A stretch of 64,000 nt of DNA from Octopus vulgaris (taxonomy: Eukaryota): positions 80,972,001 through 81,036,000 of the forward strand of contig OX597819.1 of the NCBI GenBank assembly GCA_951406725.2, read 5' to 3'. A program made the translations under genes and the position numbers. The notes under the pieces are model-generated. The model was not told where the DNA came from. It worked only from the letters and a program-made list of their open reading frames with translations, and searched no databases. Of this stretch, positions 1-11,924 are shown in pieces; position 1 is the stretch's first letter, and each line of letters starts with the position of its first letter.

Positions 1-264
1 TTTCACAGTAATGCTTTTTGCAGAATGAAAAAAATACTCCACTTATCACTCAATCCACCTCCGACTTCCTCTAAGTTTATACATTACATTTATTCCTTTG
101 AAGTTGCCGCTGGACCTCTACTTTCCCTTTGTCTATTTGTCCCTCTATATGTCTCTATCTGTCTCGCCATCTTCCTCTTGAGAAAAATACGTCAGACAGA
201 TAAAAAGAGGGTTAGGGAGAAAAAACAAGCGTGACGGGGGGAGAATGACAGATGACATACATAC

Positions 265-309
<45 letters not shown>

Positions 310-682
310 TAATTAAAAAGTCAATAAAGAAAAATGGAAACGAAAAATTTAAAAGATGCTTGTTTCATTTTATTTGTATTACAATTGGAAAAGTAATGGA
401 AATTAAACGATAAAAACATATACCTATAAGAACAAATATAAAAGGAACCGAAACAAGTATAAAAGGAACCACATCAACAAAATAACCCCCAAATATCCAA
501 AAATATATTCTACATGTGTTTCAATATAACAATATTTTAGAATCATTAATAATTGTAACATCTAAAAATGTAGGATCGCTTCAAGAAAAATAAGTATATT
601 TTAGTCTTGAGTTACGAAATGACTTATTCGAGGACTATTAGCTAGTATTGACTCATCGAATTTATTTGAAAAAATATATGTA

Positions 683-1085
683 TCTTTTATAGAGACTTAG
701 TAATTTTAATATTTCTATTATTGAAAACAAGTGGATGTATTCCACTGAAACTAGGTAAATATAAGCCTTCGAACAGAGACGTCAGTGGCGACACCTGCGG
801 GGTCTGACTGTGCTACATTGACAAGGGGCAATACCCCGAAACGCGTCTGTAGCTGTCGGACTGGCAGTGTGAAGCGGCTGACCTCCCTTGTTCGAAGGTT
901 ATAATGGATACAGATCGTGTATCAATAGCTATCTTAAGGCGGTGGCCTTATGGAGCTGACCAGCGGCAGCGATTATTCTTATATCTATAAGAATGCCATA
1001 TTAATATGGCGATAACAATTAATTTCCAGTAAACGCTGTCGTAATCTCTTTTATAGAGACTTAGTAATTTTAATATTTCTATTAT
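683..1085 (+). mobile_element. Non-coding hammerhead-containing unit with 39-bp terminal direct repeat (retrozyme-like or PLE pseudo-LTR)
   Basis: TCTTTTATAGAGACTTAGTAATTTTAATATTTCTATTAT occurs at 683-721 and 1047-1085 (period 364). The GC-richer core holds a hammerhead at 812-853, and the unit ends in (TA)n. Confidence 0.7.
812..853 (+). ncRNA. Type I minimal hammerhead ribozyme, U3-A8 core variant
   Basis: GCTACA-TTGACAA-GGGG caata CCCC-GAAA-CGCG-TC-TGTAGC: 6-bp stem I, 4-bp stem II, palindromic stem III (ACGCGT), GUC cleavage triplet. Confidence 0.85.
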
Positions 1086-1087
1086 AT

Positions 1088-1119
<32 letters not shown>

Positions 1120-1122
<3 letters not shown>

Positions 1123-1800
1123 GTAGGGAAAAATTTTTTTTAAAATGCAGAATGCTCAAATGAAAGAAAATTTTAATAAAATGAGAAATTGATAAAATAT
1201 ATAAATATATATTTATTCAACCGGTTTTCGTCATTGTATGACTTGTCAAGAATATTTATGTTTTAAAAAGTTTTTTTAACAATTAGAAAGGGGAAAAAAA
1301 GAAAATTGCATTGTTTTTTGTAAAAGAATAATGATAAAAATGTACAAAAATTAAAAAATAAGTTCTCCGATACATTGTGAGTTCGTTGTGTATCTTGAGT
1401 TTTATGGTTGTTTACGAAAAAATTACCTTGAGGTGTTAAGATCCAAAGGGATTAAGAGCATGTGTTGTGTTGTTAAATTCAGCATGTTTGCAGGACAGGA
1501 AGTAGTAGTAATTGTGGTCCTGGTTCTTCAGTTCCTGTGTTGTGAGTAAGGGGAGACAACTCTTTTGAGTTCTTCAATAAAACCCAAATTATAAAATTAT
1601 CATTTTAGCTTCATTTGCGTTATCTTTTTTATATAATTGCTTGTTAACTTAACTTTCAGATTTTAACACTTTATTTATATTATTTTCTAATTATATAAAT
1701 CTGCATAGACAATTGCATTTCAAATTGTCATATCATTTATAATAAAAATGATAGTAATAACAACAATAGTAAAAATGATATTTAAAGAATATAAGTTTTA
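1120..1800 (-). mobile_element. PLE 3' end remnant with hammerhead-like motif at 1214-1254
   Basis: Minus strand reads TATTC-TTGACAA-GTCAT aca ATGAC-GAAAA-CCGG-TT-GAATA, and the segment abuts (TA)n. Confidence 0.55.
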
Positions 1801-1854
1801 GCTTGAAGTGATGAATGCATGGTATCTTTATATATTTGTGTTAGTCCATCCATG

Positions 1855-1954
1855 NNNNNNNNNNNNNNNNNNNNNNNNNNNNNNNNNNNNNNNNNNNNNN
1901 NNNNNNNNNNNNNNNNNNNNNNNNNNNNNNNNNNNNNNNNNNNNNNNNNNNNNN
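1855..1954. other. Assembly gap (100 N)
   Basis: Run of 100 N. Confidence 1.
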
Positions 1955-1972
1955 CTACACACCCACACGCAT

Positions 1973-2010
<38 letters not shown>

Positions 2011-2362
2011 TACTGTGGAAAACAAATTTCCAGTATGCTTCGGGAAACTTAATATGTGTGTTAACTTGCTCATGTTGTCGAGAGCAATACATAGGCTAAA
2101 CCAAAAACAGTCTACGCCAGAGGATGACCCTCATAGATCCCAGATTAAAATTCGAAAATACAGAAAAATAACATTAAGCGAACAGATCAGCATTTACGCC
2201 ACTAACGAACATCACAACGTCAGAATTTTTCCCCTATATAAATTCAGGGACGATGCATCCTGTAATCAGCGCATTAGCAAAGAATCATATTTTATCGCAA
2301 AATATAAACCCATTTTGAATTCTTCCTCCACAGATGACACTACTGCAAGTATCTTAGAATAA
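2011..2362 (+). pseudogene. Penelope-like GIY-YIG endonuclease C-terminal fragment
   Basis: Frameshifted reading ...NLICVLTCSCCREQYIG*TKNSLRQRM...HRSQIK...RIFPLYKF...KESYFIAKYKPILN, closely resembling the PLE ORF at 18121-18921. Confidence 0.85.
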
Positions 2363-2719
2363 TACCCACGCAATTATTACAAACGATATATTCAGAACAA
2401 TCACAAGCCATGAACAATTCCAATCACTACTGCTACAACCACAACAGATAACTTTTAGATCACTTGACCTTCAAAGAAGATTCCAAGGATAGTCTATTAT
2501 ACTCATACCACTGCTGTTTTCATCACCACCACCATCGACTTTTGCAGATTATGTTTGCGTTTGTGGATATTTTTCCGGTTTTGTGTTTATATATTGGCCG
2601 GTATGTGTGAATTGGCATGTGCCACAACGGCTATCATTGCATTTAGATTCAGTAAATGATTGGCCTTTGTTGCTAAGGTCAAACTTTACTTTTGTTAATA
2701 ATTGTTTCAAGTTTTAGAC

Positions 2720-3030
2720 TGTCTTTTACTAACGCAAACATGAACTGCAAAAGCCTAAATTTAATTTACTGCATCAAATGTCAAAATTGTGAAGAACTAT
2801 GTGTAGGTCAAACTGGAAATGCACTATCAGAACGTTAACGTGTGCACCGACAGCAAATTAGTAACTCAGATATCCGTCAGATACCTTTGAGTAACCATGT
2901 AGCAACATGCAGTCAGAAAGTATTTATAATATTTCCATTCTACAAACTACACAGTCCAAGTGAAATTGAAAGAAAATTCAGAGAAAAGAACTTTATAAAT
3001 AAATTCCAACCCGAGCTAAATAAACAATAA
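2720..3030 (+). pseudogene. Penelope-like GIY-YIG fragment (second copy, diverged)
   Basis: NCKSLNLIYCIKCQNCEELCVGQTGNALSER*RVHRQQI...IFPFYKL...REKNFINKFQPELN. Confidence 0.85.
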
Positions 3031-3530
3031 TACTAATACTTAGAAGTACTATTTCTACTGCTACGACTACTACCACTAACAACAATACTAAAGGCGTTCA
3101 TTATGATGAGAGCAGGAAAATACTAGGTAAGTCAAGAGAAAGGTCTGTAAAAATTATCTTTTTTTGGTGTATAAAGTTCTATTACTTCAGCTACTCCTAC
3201 CACCACCACCACCACCACCACCACCACCAACGACAACAACAACAACAGCAACAACAACAACATCGACGACAACAACGACAACAATAATAAAGATGATAAT
3301 GATGATGATGATAATCAGAAAGTAAAAATCCCCTGAGAAATGTTGTTTACAACACTTCTAAAAATAGCTCAACAATTACAGCTTTGGCCAAACCAAGTGT
3401 TGGGTGTATCTAAAAGGCGATGCGAACATCATTTGGGCAATAATGATGGAATATTTGCCACATCATGCACTTACGGCGGCGTTGGAGAGAATACAGCTTG
3501 AGCTTTTCTAGTCGACCCCAATAGTCATGG

Positions 3531-3584
<54 letters not shown>

Positions 3585-4029
3585 TCAGAAGGAACGTTAG
3601 TGTTTTAAACATTATTGAACTCTCATCAGTCAATGCCCCGGGCCACACACACACACACACAAGCATAGATGTATGTATTTTCTGTATATATGCATGTGTG
3701 CGTATGTGTATGTGTGTGTGTGTGAGTATGTGTATCTGTGCGTCTACATGGCCATAATTTATTATTTTCATGGAGCAGCATTTTCTATTCTGTTGTTTGA
3801 CAATAAACCTCATCTATGTTTGCTACATATTTGCATGTCCAGACTCAGAATATGGAGGTGTATTTAAATCGACTGATGGTGGCCGTTACTATGTGTGAAT
3901 TTATAACAATGATTTTGTGTAATATAATGCCAACTGAATCAGGATATTACAGCTACTTTAAATTAGCTGCCATAAAAATGTCACGTATTATTATTGTATG
4001 AGTAATGATAATTATTATGTCTTTCTATT

Positions 4030-4205
4030 TTAGGAACAAAGCCTGAAATTTTGTACTTCCACCACAATACTCAACTGGTACTTATATTATTGATTCCGAA
4101 AGAATAAAAAGCAAAGTTCACTACAGCAGAATTACGTAGAGACGGACAAAATGTGGCTAAGTACTTTGTCCAGACGTGCTAATGATTCAGACGGCTCAGC
4201 GCTTT
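4030..4205 (-). mobile_element. Degenerate SINE (family C)
   Basis: Similar to the family C copy at 12818-13050. Confidence 0.5.
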
Positions 4206-4396
4206 ACTATGAGTAATAAAATAGGAAGGAGAAGGCGAGATAGTAACATTGTTATTCCTTATAAAGTCTCTTAACACAACACCACATACATTCACATGTA
4301 TGTATGTACGTACAAATATATATATATATATATATGTGTAGATTATCTATCTATTTCTCTCCCTCTCTCCACACAGACACACACACATATATGCAT

Positions 4397-4484
<88 letters not shown>

Positions 4485-4486
4485 CG

Positions 4487-4800
4487 TAAAGTATTCCTGA
4501 TTATTTAAATAAATTTATTTTATTTGAAATTGCACAAAAATAATTAAAATAAGTTCCCCGACATTCTATTGTTCAAATACGCTCCTTTGTTTACATTTGG
4601 CAAGTAAAGCAATTCAATATGGCAGCTAACAAGTGAAGTGAGATTGAAACTCAGTAAAAATCAGGACATAGCACCAAAGACGTGGCTTCAACGGTTGGTG
4701 TTACTCGCAAAACAGTCTATAATTTGCCTTAAAATGCATTCGTTATTTGGGTGTCTATTGCTGATGATTCGAAACCACACCGAAATCACGCATTAGCTCC
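4487..4800 (+). mobile_element. Tc1/mariner-like transposon remnant
   Basis: Decayed N-terminal HTH-like reading MAANK*SEIETQ*KSGHSTKDVASTVGVTRKTVYN from ~4618. Confidence 0.45.
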
Positions 4801-4949
4801 AAAAGAGGAACTAATCTATAGCAATCGATGCAAATGAAGTCGCACTTGTTATATCAGAGATTTTCTTCTCCCTGAGTGATGACTAAGCAAAGACTAGAGA
4901 TCTCTCAACTCCAACTGTTGATGGCCGTTGACTCTACTGAGTTCATCCG

Positions 4950-6300
4950 TTCTTTGATAGTTTTATTTTTGTCCTGCAGTATCCAACGAAAACAATGGGT
5001 CTAATCTATAGTTACCTTGATACTTTGTGGATGGAGTTAGCTACGTGCCGGATGCTCTTCATTATTCTCCTCTCGGTTTCTACATTACGGTTATTAGAGT
5101 TTGTCCTACCTAGGATATTAACATCATCTAGATACCTACAGTAAATCTAAGCAGTTATGGATTGCTCCGCTAAGGATTGTTTTAGTTTTTTTATCCTATC
5201 AGGTCTTGATGAGGCCGGCCACATCTCCAGCCACACCAACACCCATAGGTGCACCTTGAACCTGCATGTATAGTTTCCTGTTAAACTTTACTATGTAGTT
5301 CTTCAAGGTCCTTCTTATGCTCGCCCCTATTGCATGTGCAATCATTCTTTTCACCTGACTTGTTATCCGGTTCCTGGGTGGGTATGGTCCAGCCAGACCA
5401 GTACTCGGCGGTACTTTTTTTTCCTTGCCAAGGTGATGGTGGGTGGTCTTCCCGACTGTGTCTTGGTGGGGCAGAATCTACTAAGATCATGGTTGTGTAG
5501 GTAGTTACAGTCATAGCTTAGTTTAAGGAGGAGGCTCAGTTCCCTCGTGTTGACTTCAAAGAACTCTGTCTCACTCTTGCAGATAATCTCAATACATTTT
5601 TCCTCAGCAAAATCTATGTCTAAAGATGAGTAGAGTGAAACTACATCCATACTACCCGCTACACAACCTGTGAGGTCGTTGAAGTGGTTGCAGCTATTGA
5701 TTCTACTGAGGAGATTCTCCGAGCCCATACAGAAATCTGAGGACATTTCAATGACTGGTCGTAACACCTGTAGGAGGAAGTAGGATAGCCTATAATTGCT
5801 GGAGACATTCGCTCTGCAAACTGGCCGGGTTGGGGGCCCCATAACAGGGTTTACTTAGGGTTTATGATCCTTACGTAACCCGTATAGAGTAGGAATATCA
5901 CTGTCTAATGCATGGAAATTTTGTGCAGTACGTTTCTTGGGTTGGAGTATGTTGAACCACATTTCCATGTGTGCATTGAGCTTTTCCACTATTTCATGTG
6001 GTGCAATTTCTCTCATGCTAATGATGTGTTGTTGCATGGTCTGGATATAGTTCAGTGGGCTGTCTATCGACAATCTGTCACACTTGCCTGTAGGGAAGCA
6101 TGCTAATTCCCTGTTCCTAATTCGCTGTTTCAGTTTTCGTAAGCCTTTGGCAACAGATGAACTAAGTTGTTGGGTCTTCCCTTCATTATGTTTTTAGTGG
6201 TTTTGTTGTACCGGTGGTCTAAGATGTGTCGGAAATCAATTTCAAGTTAAGAAAATCTTTGCTTCTGTCTCTGTGTTGAAGGATAAGACTGGGGTAGATA
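4950..6300 (-). pseudogene. Penelope-like reverse transcriptase, second lineage, frameshifted
   Basis: PTLYGLRKDHKP...GPPTRPVCRAN; GSMDVVSLYSSL (RT3); LYMQVQGAPMG (RT4, ~5240-5275); RYLDDVNI (~5115-5140). Confidence 0.85.
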
Positions 6301-6424
6301 CTCGTCATGTCGTATAATTTGTTGTTGGGTTATAGAAGACAGAGTGTATGTCTATGTGTATGGGTTTGTGTGACTATGTACGTGTGTCTGTTATGTATGG
6401 ATGTGTGTCTCTATATGTGTCCTT

Positions 6425-6640
6425 GTGTGCCCTATTTAACATTGTCCCGAAACAGATCAAAGAGGAAAAGGATCCCATCACATTTAAAAGGAATCTGGAC
6501 AAATTTCGTCTAGGATTACTAGATACAACTCACTCAACACGAACTTCCTACTCGAATGGACCATGATACCACAAAACTTGACTTTAAAAGGATTTAGTTA
6601 ATCGTATGAAGTGGTACTATTAAGTCTCCTGGCGTTAAAA
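6425..6640 (+). mobile_element. CR1-clade LINE 3' fragment
   Basis: LFNIVPKQIKEEKDPITFKRNLDKF parallels the C-terminus of the CR1 ORF at 45854-46954 (QLFNIPPKNLRD...FKIKLDLF). Confidence 0.55.
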
Positions 6641-6784
6641 TGGTAGTAACGTCGGTTACTACGGAACAGCTATGTTGAAGTGGCGATTAACATTACTCAT
6701 ATATATATATATATATATATAAATTAACTGAATGAGATAAAAAAATCCAAGGCTATGAATAGTTTTCAGAACATTTATAAAGAG

Positions 6785-6832
6785 GTCTTACAGCTGTTTC
6801 CAGGATATTTTATATATCCCCTCATCAGAGAC
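6785..6832 (-). ncRNA. Type I hammerhead ribozyme with canonical CUGAUGA core
   Basis: Minus strand reads GTCT-CTGATGA-G GGGATAT ataaa ATATCCT G-GAAA-CAGCTG-TA-AGAC. It has a palindromic stem III and a GUA triplet, and lies in a short element between two (TA)n tracts. Confidence 0.8.
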
Positions 6833-7820
6833 GGCGCGAGAAAATGTTTAAGTAATAGTTATTATAGGGAAGATATGAAATACAGAGTGAAGTGTAGGAA
6901 TGAAAACAGACGTGAGATACGTAAGGATATTGTATCTGCAGTTCCATTACTTAAGCAAAACGGTGTATATTTATATATATATATATATATATATGTTTCC
7001 GGTATCTTACATATATATTTGTCCCATTTTGTATTTCTATATATAATTTTTATACATATATTATTGCGGCGTAACGCAATATGTATGTAAACATTCCACT
7101 ATTGTACGACTTCTACACACACTTTCTCTATACTCCACTAGTCTCTGTCTTTCTCTTTTCTTGCCTCTGATTTTTTGGTCTCCTCTTCTCCCACTCTCTC
7201 ACATTTCTCTGTCTTTCTCACTTTGCACCACTGATTCTGTTGCCAAGCCAATCCTTGGCACGCTCTGTTTCTTCTCCCCTCTTTAATTCCTTCTTTCTCC
7301 CCCCCCCCCCTTGGTGCCTTTGTCCCTCTTTTTCTCTCTCTCTCTTTGATTCCTTTGCCCCCTGTTTCTCTCTCTCTCTTCTTCTCTCCTCTCACCTGAC
7401 CGCTGGTCAACTAGCCTTTCGGATTCTGACCGCCGCCACGACAACACCGTTTTCTTCGTCTGCCGCTAAGGCATTTATTTCCAAATACGCCAGCTAAGAT
7501 AAGTTGAACTGTCTAAAGTCGTAAGACACCCGCTGTTTTTGTCCTGTTATTACTTTTGTTGTTTTTTATATTTATATTCGTGTGGCATCGTCCGTTTTTC
7601 TGTCCTTGTTTCGTATACATTCGATCCTTTTTCCAAGAAATCTAATGCTCGTAGCTTAGTTTTCCTTGGGGCTGGCCGGATCGGAGCGATCTCAGGATTG
7701 ATCAGCCGAAATTGCGAGGATGATCCGGTTCCTGACTGAAGATTAGAGGCTTCGAATGACTCGTCCGTTTTTTGTGTCGTCTCTTTGTGTGTTTTGCGTT
7801 CTTGTCCCATTTTGTATTTG

Positions 7821-7976
<156 letters not shown>

Positions 7977-7989
7977 CAAATTCATATAT

Positions 7990-9389
7990 ACTAGCAGACG
8001 TACCCGACCTTGCCCGGGCCTGTTTGTTAAGTATGCCTGTTTGGTTATTAGACTATGGATGCCCCTCTGAACTGAATAAAAGAAATGATAATGGCAGGTG
8101 TTTCCTGCGTTGTTTCATTTATTTAGCACAATAGTGAACATGCAGATCATACGCCCACACCATTGTCATTGTTTTCCATTGGGACAGTAAAAACCGGCAG
8201 TAATTAAGTTTATATTCCTTACCACATAACTGCTGACATGTGCTGTTATAGCAAAGGAAAAGGTTGAGCCTAAAGATATGACATAAAGAGAAATAGTATG
8301 TTTAGCTACTGTTTTGCTGGGTTGCACATACAACATTATCTGAACAAAAACTTTGACGTGTGACCTGTGCAAAAAAAGATGAAAAATGTAGTATCTGTTG
8401 CCTACCTCACAATTGGGGGCACTTAACGGAGAACATATGGTGAACATTATGCTAATGAAATAAATAAGGTGACAAGGGTATGGTCACCTGATGTTTTTTG
8501 TTTGCCGCAGAGAGCAACATCCGTTGTGGTCTTTCCCCTGTAGTCTCCGTAGCGCACGCAGCAGCATCTCTTGTAAGTCGATCTGCGCGTTGTGCTGCAG
8601 TCTCTGCAGCTCGTGCAGCAGCAGTAGAGGAAGCATTTCTTGTTCTGCGTGCTGAACGTTGTTCGTTGCTCTGTGCAGCTCGTTGCACAGAAATACGTGC
8701 TAACCGATCACAACGCTGCTCTTCACTTTCCCTTTTTTGCGCTGAAGCCATCCTAAGTCAATTGAGAGAGTTCCTCCTGGCGCTCTCCTCGGCAGATTCA
8801 TTTGCACGCATACGTTTACTTTTCTCTACAGCATTTGTTTGCTAACCTATATTGGATCTTTTGCATCGAGGCATGGTGGAAAATTATCAGTTTACGCAAT
8901 AGAGAAAGTCCTAAAGAAAAAGCGGTGAATGTGTAGCACCAAAAAAACCCCAGTAAAATGTAGTTGACAAAAATCGAACAGACCGAATTAAGGATCTTTA
9001 ATTTTGGGTAAGAGTTTTGAAGTGGCTCGTTTAAGTTGGAAAAATTATATGAAAAAGAGCGCTCACATGAAAACAGAGGCAAAACGTAACTCGCAAATGA
9101 ATACTGCTGGCAGTATTGTGCAAGCAGTTGATAAGAGCTCACCACAGCTGACAAAGTAAAGTATTGATTTTTCCAGCTGGGTGTGTGTCATGTTTTTTCT
9201 TTGCTGGCTCAAGTCAAATCCTAGGCGAATTGAGAGTAGTCTATTTATGCTGGGGACGCGGAATTCCGAGGAAAAAATTATAAGAAAATGCGCTCCGAGA
9301 GCACACATGTCAAATTTGGTGAAATTCGGTTGAAAATTGTAGTAGAAGTGGTTCACACAACGCACACACACAAACAGACAACTTGCCTT

Positions 9390-9392
<3 letters not shown>
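7990..9392. mobile_element. Helitron/Helentron-like element, internally deleted
   Basis: Starts ACTAGCAGACGTACCCGACCTTGCCCGGGC. ORF 8452-8751(-) has the ESEEQR/ETAAQRADRL repeats typical of Helitron RepHel N-termini. The far end carries the AAATTTGGTGAAATTCGG...ACACAAACAGACA...TTTAT pattern. Confidence 0.6.
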
Positions 9393-9427
<35 letters not shown>

Positions 9428-9430
<3 letters not shown>

Positions 9431-9626
9431 CTTAGGCCTCGTCTTTCTATTTAAACTTCTGAAAATGAGTGTAAACTGTAAAGCCGGTTAAGGCTTCAAA
9501 TATATTAATAAAAAATATTTAAACTATTCATAGTACATTTTCAACTTCTACTCGTCCTGTATTTCTACCCGTGTGGAATAAAATAAGCTTGTTTTCCCTA
9601 ACTCTCCCTCCCCCTCTCCCCCTCTC

Positions 9627-9692
<66 letters not shown>

Positions 9693-9858
9693 AAACAAAG
9701 TAATTTTATTCCACACAGGTATAAATATACGACAAGTAGAAGTTGAAAATGTTCTATGAATAGTTAAAATATTTTTATTAATATATTTCAAGCCTTAACT
9801 GGTTTCACAATGTACACTGATTTTCAAAAGTTGAAATAGAAAGACGTGTCTTATGTCG
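9428..9858. repeat. Imperfect ~170-bp-arm inverted repeat centred on (CT)n(TA)n(GA)n
   Basis: 9428-9597 is the diverged reverse complement of ~9690-9858. Confidence 0.85.
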
Positions 9859-11140
9859 GAGGTGTCTTGCTTCAGGCTAGTTTGCTCTGTTTTTATCGGG
9901 AGTTCATGGTTGAAATTAGAATATCTTTTGAATAGGATTTGGTTGATAGAAGATAGTCACATGACTAGTCTTAGAAATTTTCGTAGGTCCCCCGCTACGT
10001 CCGTGTGTTAGTATCAAGTGACAATGTTTGGCGCCGTAAGTTAAGATTGACACCACTGACTGAACAAACAATGCTCTGTCCAAACAATCAATGCTCTGAA
10101 TGTTTTCTGTAAAGTGTTTGTAGAGAATGAACACACTATTAGGTTTATAACCTTTTGTATGTTTCCCGCTGCGTCCGGGCATAATGTCACATAACACATG
10201 GCCTAGCGGTCGAGGGATTGCGGGTTCGAATCTCAGACCGGGCGATGAGTGTGTTTATGAGCGAAACACCTAAGCTCCACGCGGCTCCGGCAGAAGGTAA
10301 TGGCGAACCTCTGCTGGCTCCTTCACCACAACATTTTCTCACTCTTTCCTCCTGCATCTTGCAGCTCACTCACCTGCGACGGACCGGCGTCCCGTCCAGG
10401 TGGGGAACCTATACGCCAAGAAAACCGGGAAACCGGCCCTTATGAGCCAGGCGTGGCTCGAGAAGGAACACGTAACACTATATTTTGCGCCTAAAAAGAA
10501 GGCCGACACGGTTGAGTGAGCATCTTTAGTTATAATCAAGGCACTCCAAATTTAATCTGTCTGGTGGGAGAGTGGACAGGAGATGTTTGTATGTTGTCCA
10601 GGGGCTAAAATTTAGTTGTTAGCTGTGTAGCTTCCTCATAATAAGTGACAAATGAATTTTGTGTGTGAACAGTTATTTGTGTATGTGCAATGTTAAAGTT
10701 TGTTAAGTCTAGGCTTGTACTTTTGTATGAACGTATTTTCTTTGTTTATCCGTGCTTCATCTGTAGTATTCGCTGAACATAGGTAGAATTAGGGAGACTT
10801 ATCTTTTGCAATTATGTTTATGTGACCACTCAGTGGAATCTGTGAAGTTCTGGGGTCTCATATTTGTTGTCGGTGAATGATCACTCTATTTCTTAGAGTA
10901 AGCTTTGTTTGACCTGTGTAGTCTTCATTACATTCTTGGCATTTGAGAGCGTATATTAAACTCCTTGAAGAACATGTAAAGTGATTTTTACGGTAAAAGT
11001 CTGCCCTGATTTGAATTTGTATGTTGTGTCTTCAATAAGGTCCCGCAATTGGGGCAGCCACATTTTTTGACTATTGGTGTAGGAATTGTGAACGGCAGTT
11101 TAGCACTTGCGAGGAATCTTTTGAGGGACTTCGATTGTTT
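9690..11140 (-). mobile_element. 5'-truncated PLE (GIY-YIG remnant + 3' UTR with hammerhead at 9794-9830), interrupted by a SINE
   Basis: Minus strand KQSKSLKRFLASAKLP...VKKCGCPNCG near 11050-11140. Hammerhead reads CTT-TTGAAAA-tCAGTG ta CATTGt-GAAA-CCAG-TT-AAG. Confidence 0.75.
10195..10470 (+). mobile_element. tRNA-derived SINE (family A)
   Basis: Box A TGGCCTAGCGG and box B GGTTCGAATC; body shared with 14255-14505, 16318-16622 and 27552-27940. Confidence 0.8.
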
Positions 11141-11660
11141 TTTTATATATATTTATAAAAATATATATATATAAATCCTGTCTAGACTCCCGGGCGATGC
11201 ATTGCTACGACAGATATAAGAATCAACCTTCATAAACGGAACATGACTGGTTTTAGATAGTAAATACTCTCAATAGAAAAAGACCTTACAAAAACCCATG
11301 GACGCACACACACCTACACGCACACACATGCAAAGACAAAGAAAGACACAAACATACCTTCATGCCCATACAAGTACACGCACACACGCATACACACACA
11401 CGCATACAGACATATACACACTCACATACTCATCTCGGACAGATCTTGGACAAATGCCAATGCTGGAACATGAGCTCAAAAGAAATGGAAGTAGAGTGAC
11501 GTATCACTGAAGAGATTGCAACAATGCAATGAAATAATTATTTGACAAAAAAAAGGAAAGAAATAACAACATGAACAATACTGAACAATAACAATAAAGG
11601 ACCGAACTAGTACGTGTGTCTATTCTTATCGACATAATGACTCCCACTAGGGTTCAATAG

Positions 11661-11692
<32 letters not shown>

Positions 11693-11709
11693 TATATAGG
11701 TGTTTTTTC

Positions 11710-11831
<122 letters not shown>

Positions 11832-11847
11832 TATATAGGTGGTTTTT

Positions 11848-11917
<70 letters not shown>

Positions 11918-11924
11918 GTAATTC

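Noticed and set aside
3595-3640. Minus-strand CTGATGAGAG as a hammerhead
   Set aside because: The downstream CTC-GAAA would require several substitutions, and there is no stem I/III support.
7730-7770. CTGAAGA...GAA...GTC as a hammerhead
   Set aside because: No convincing stem II or GAAA.
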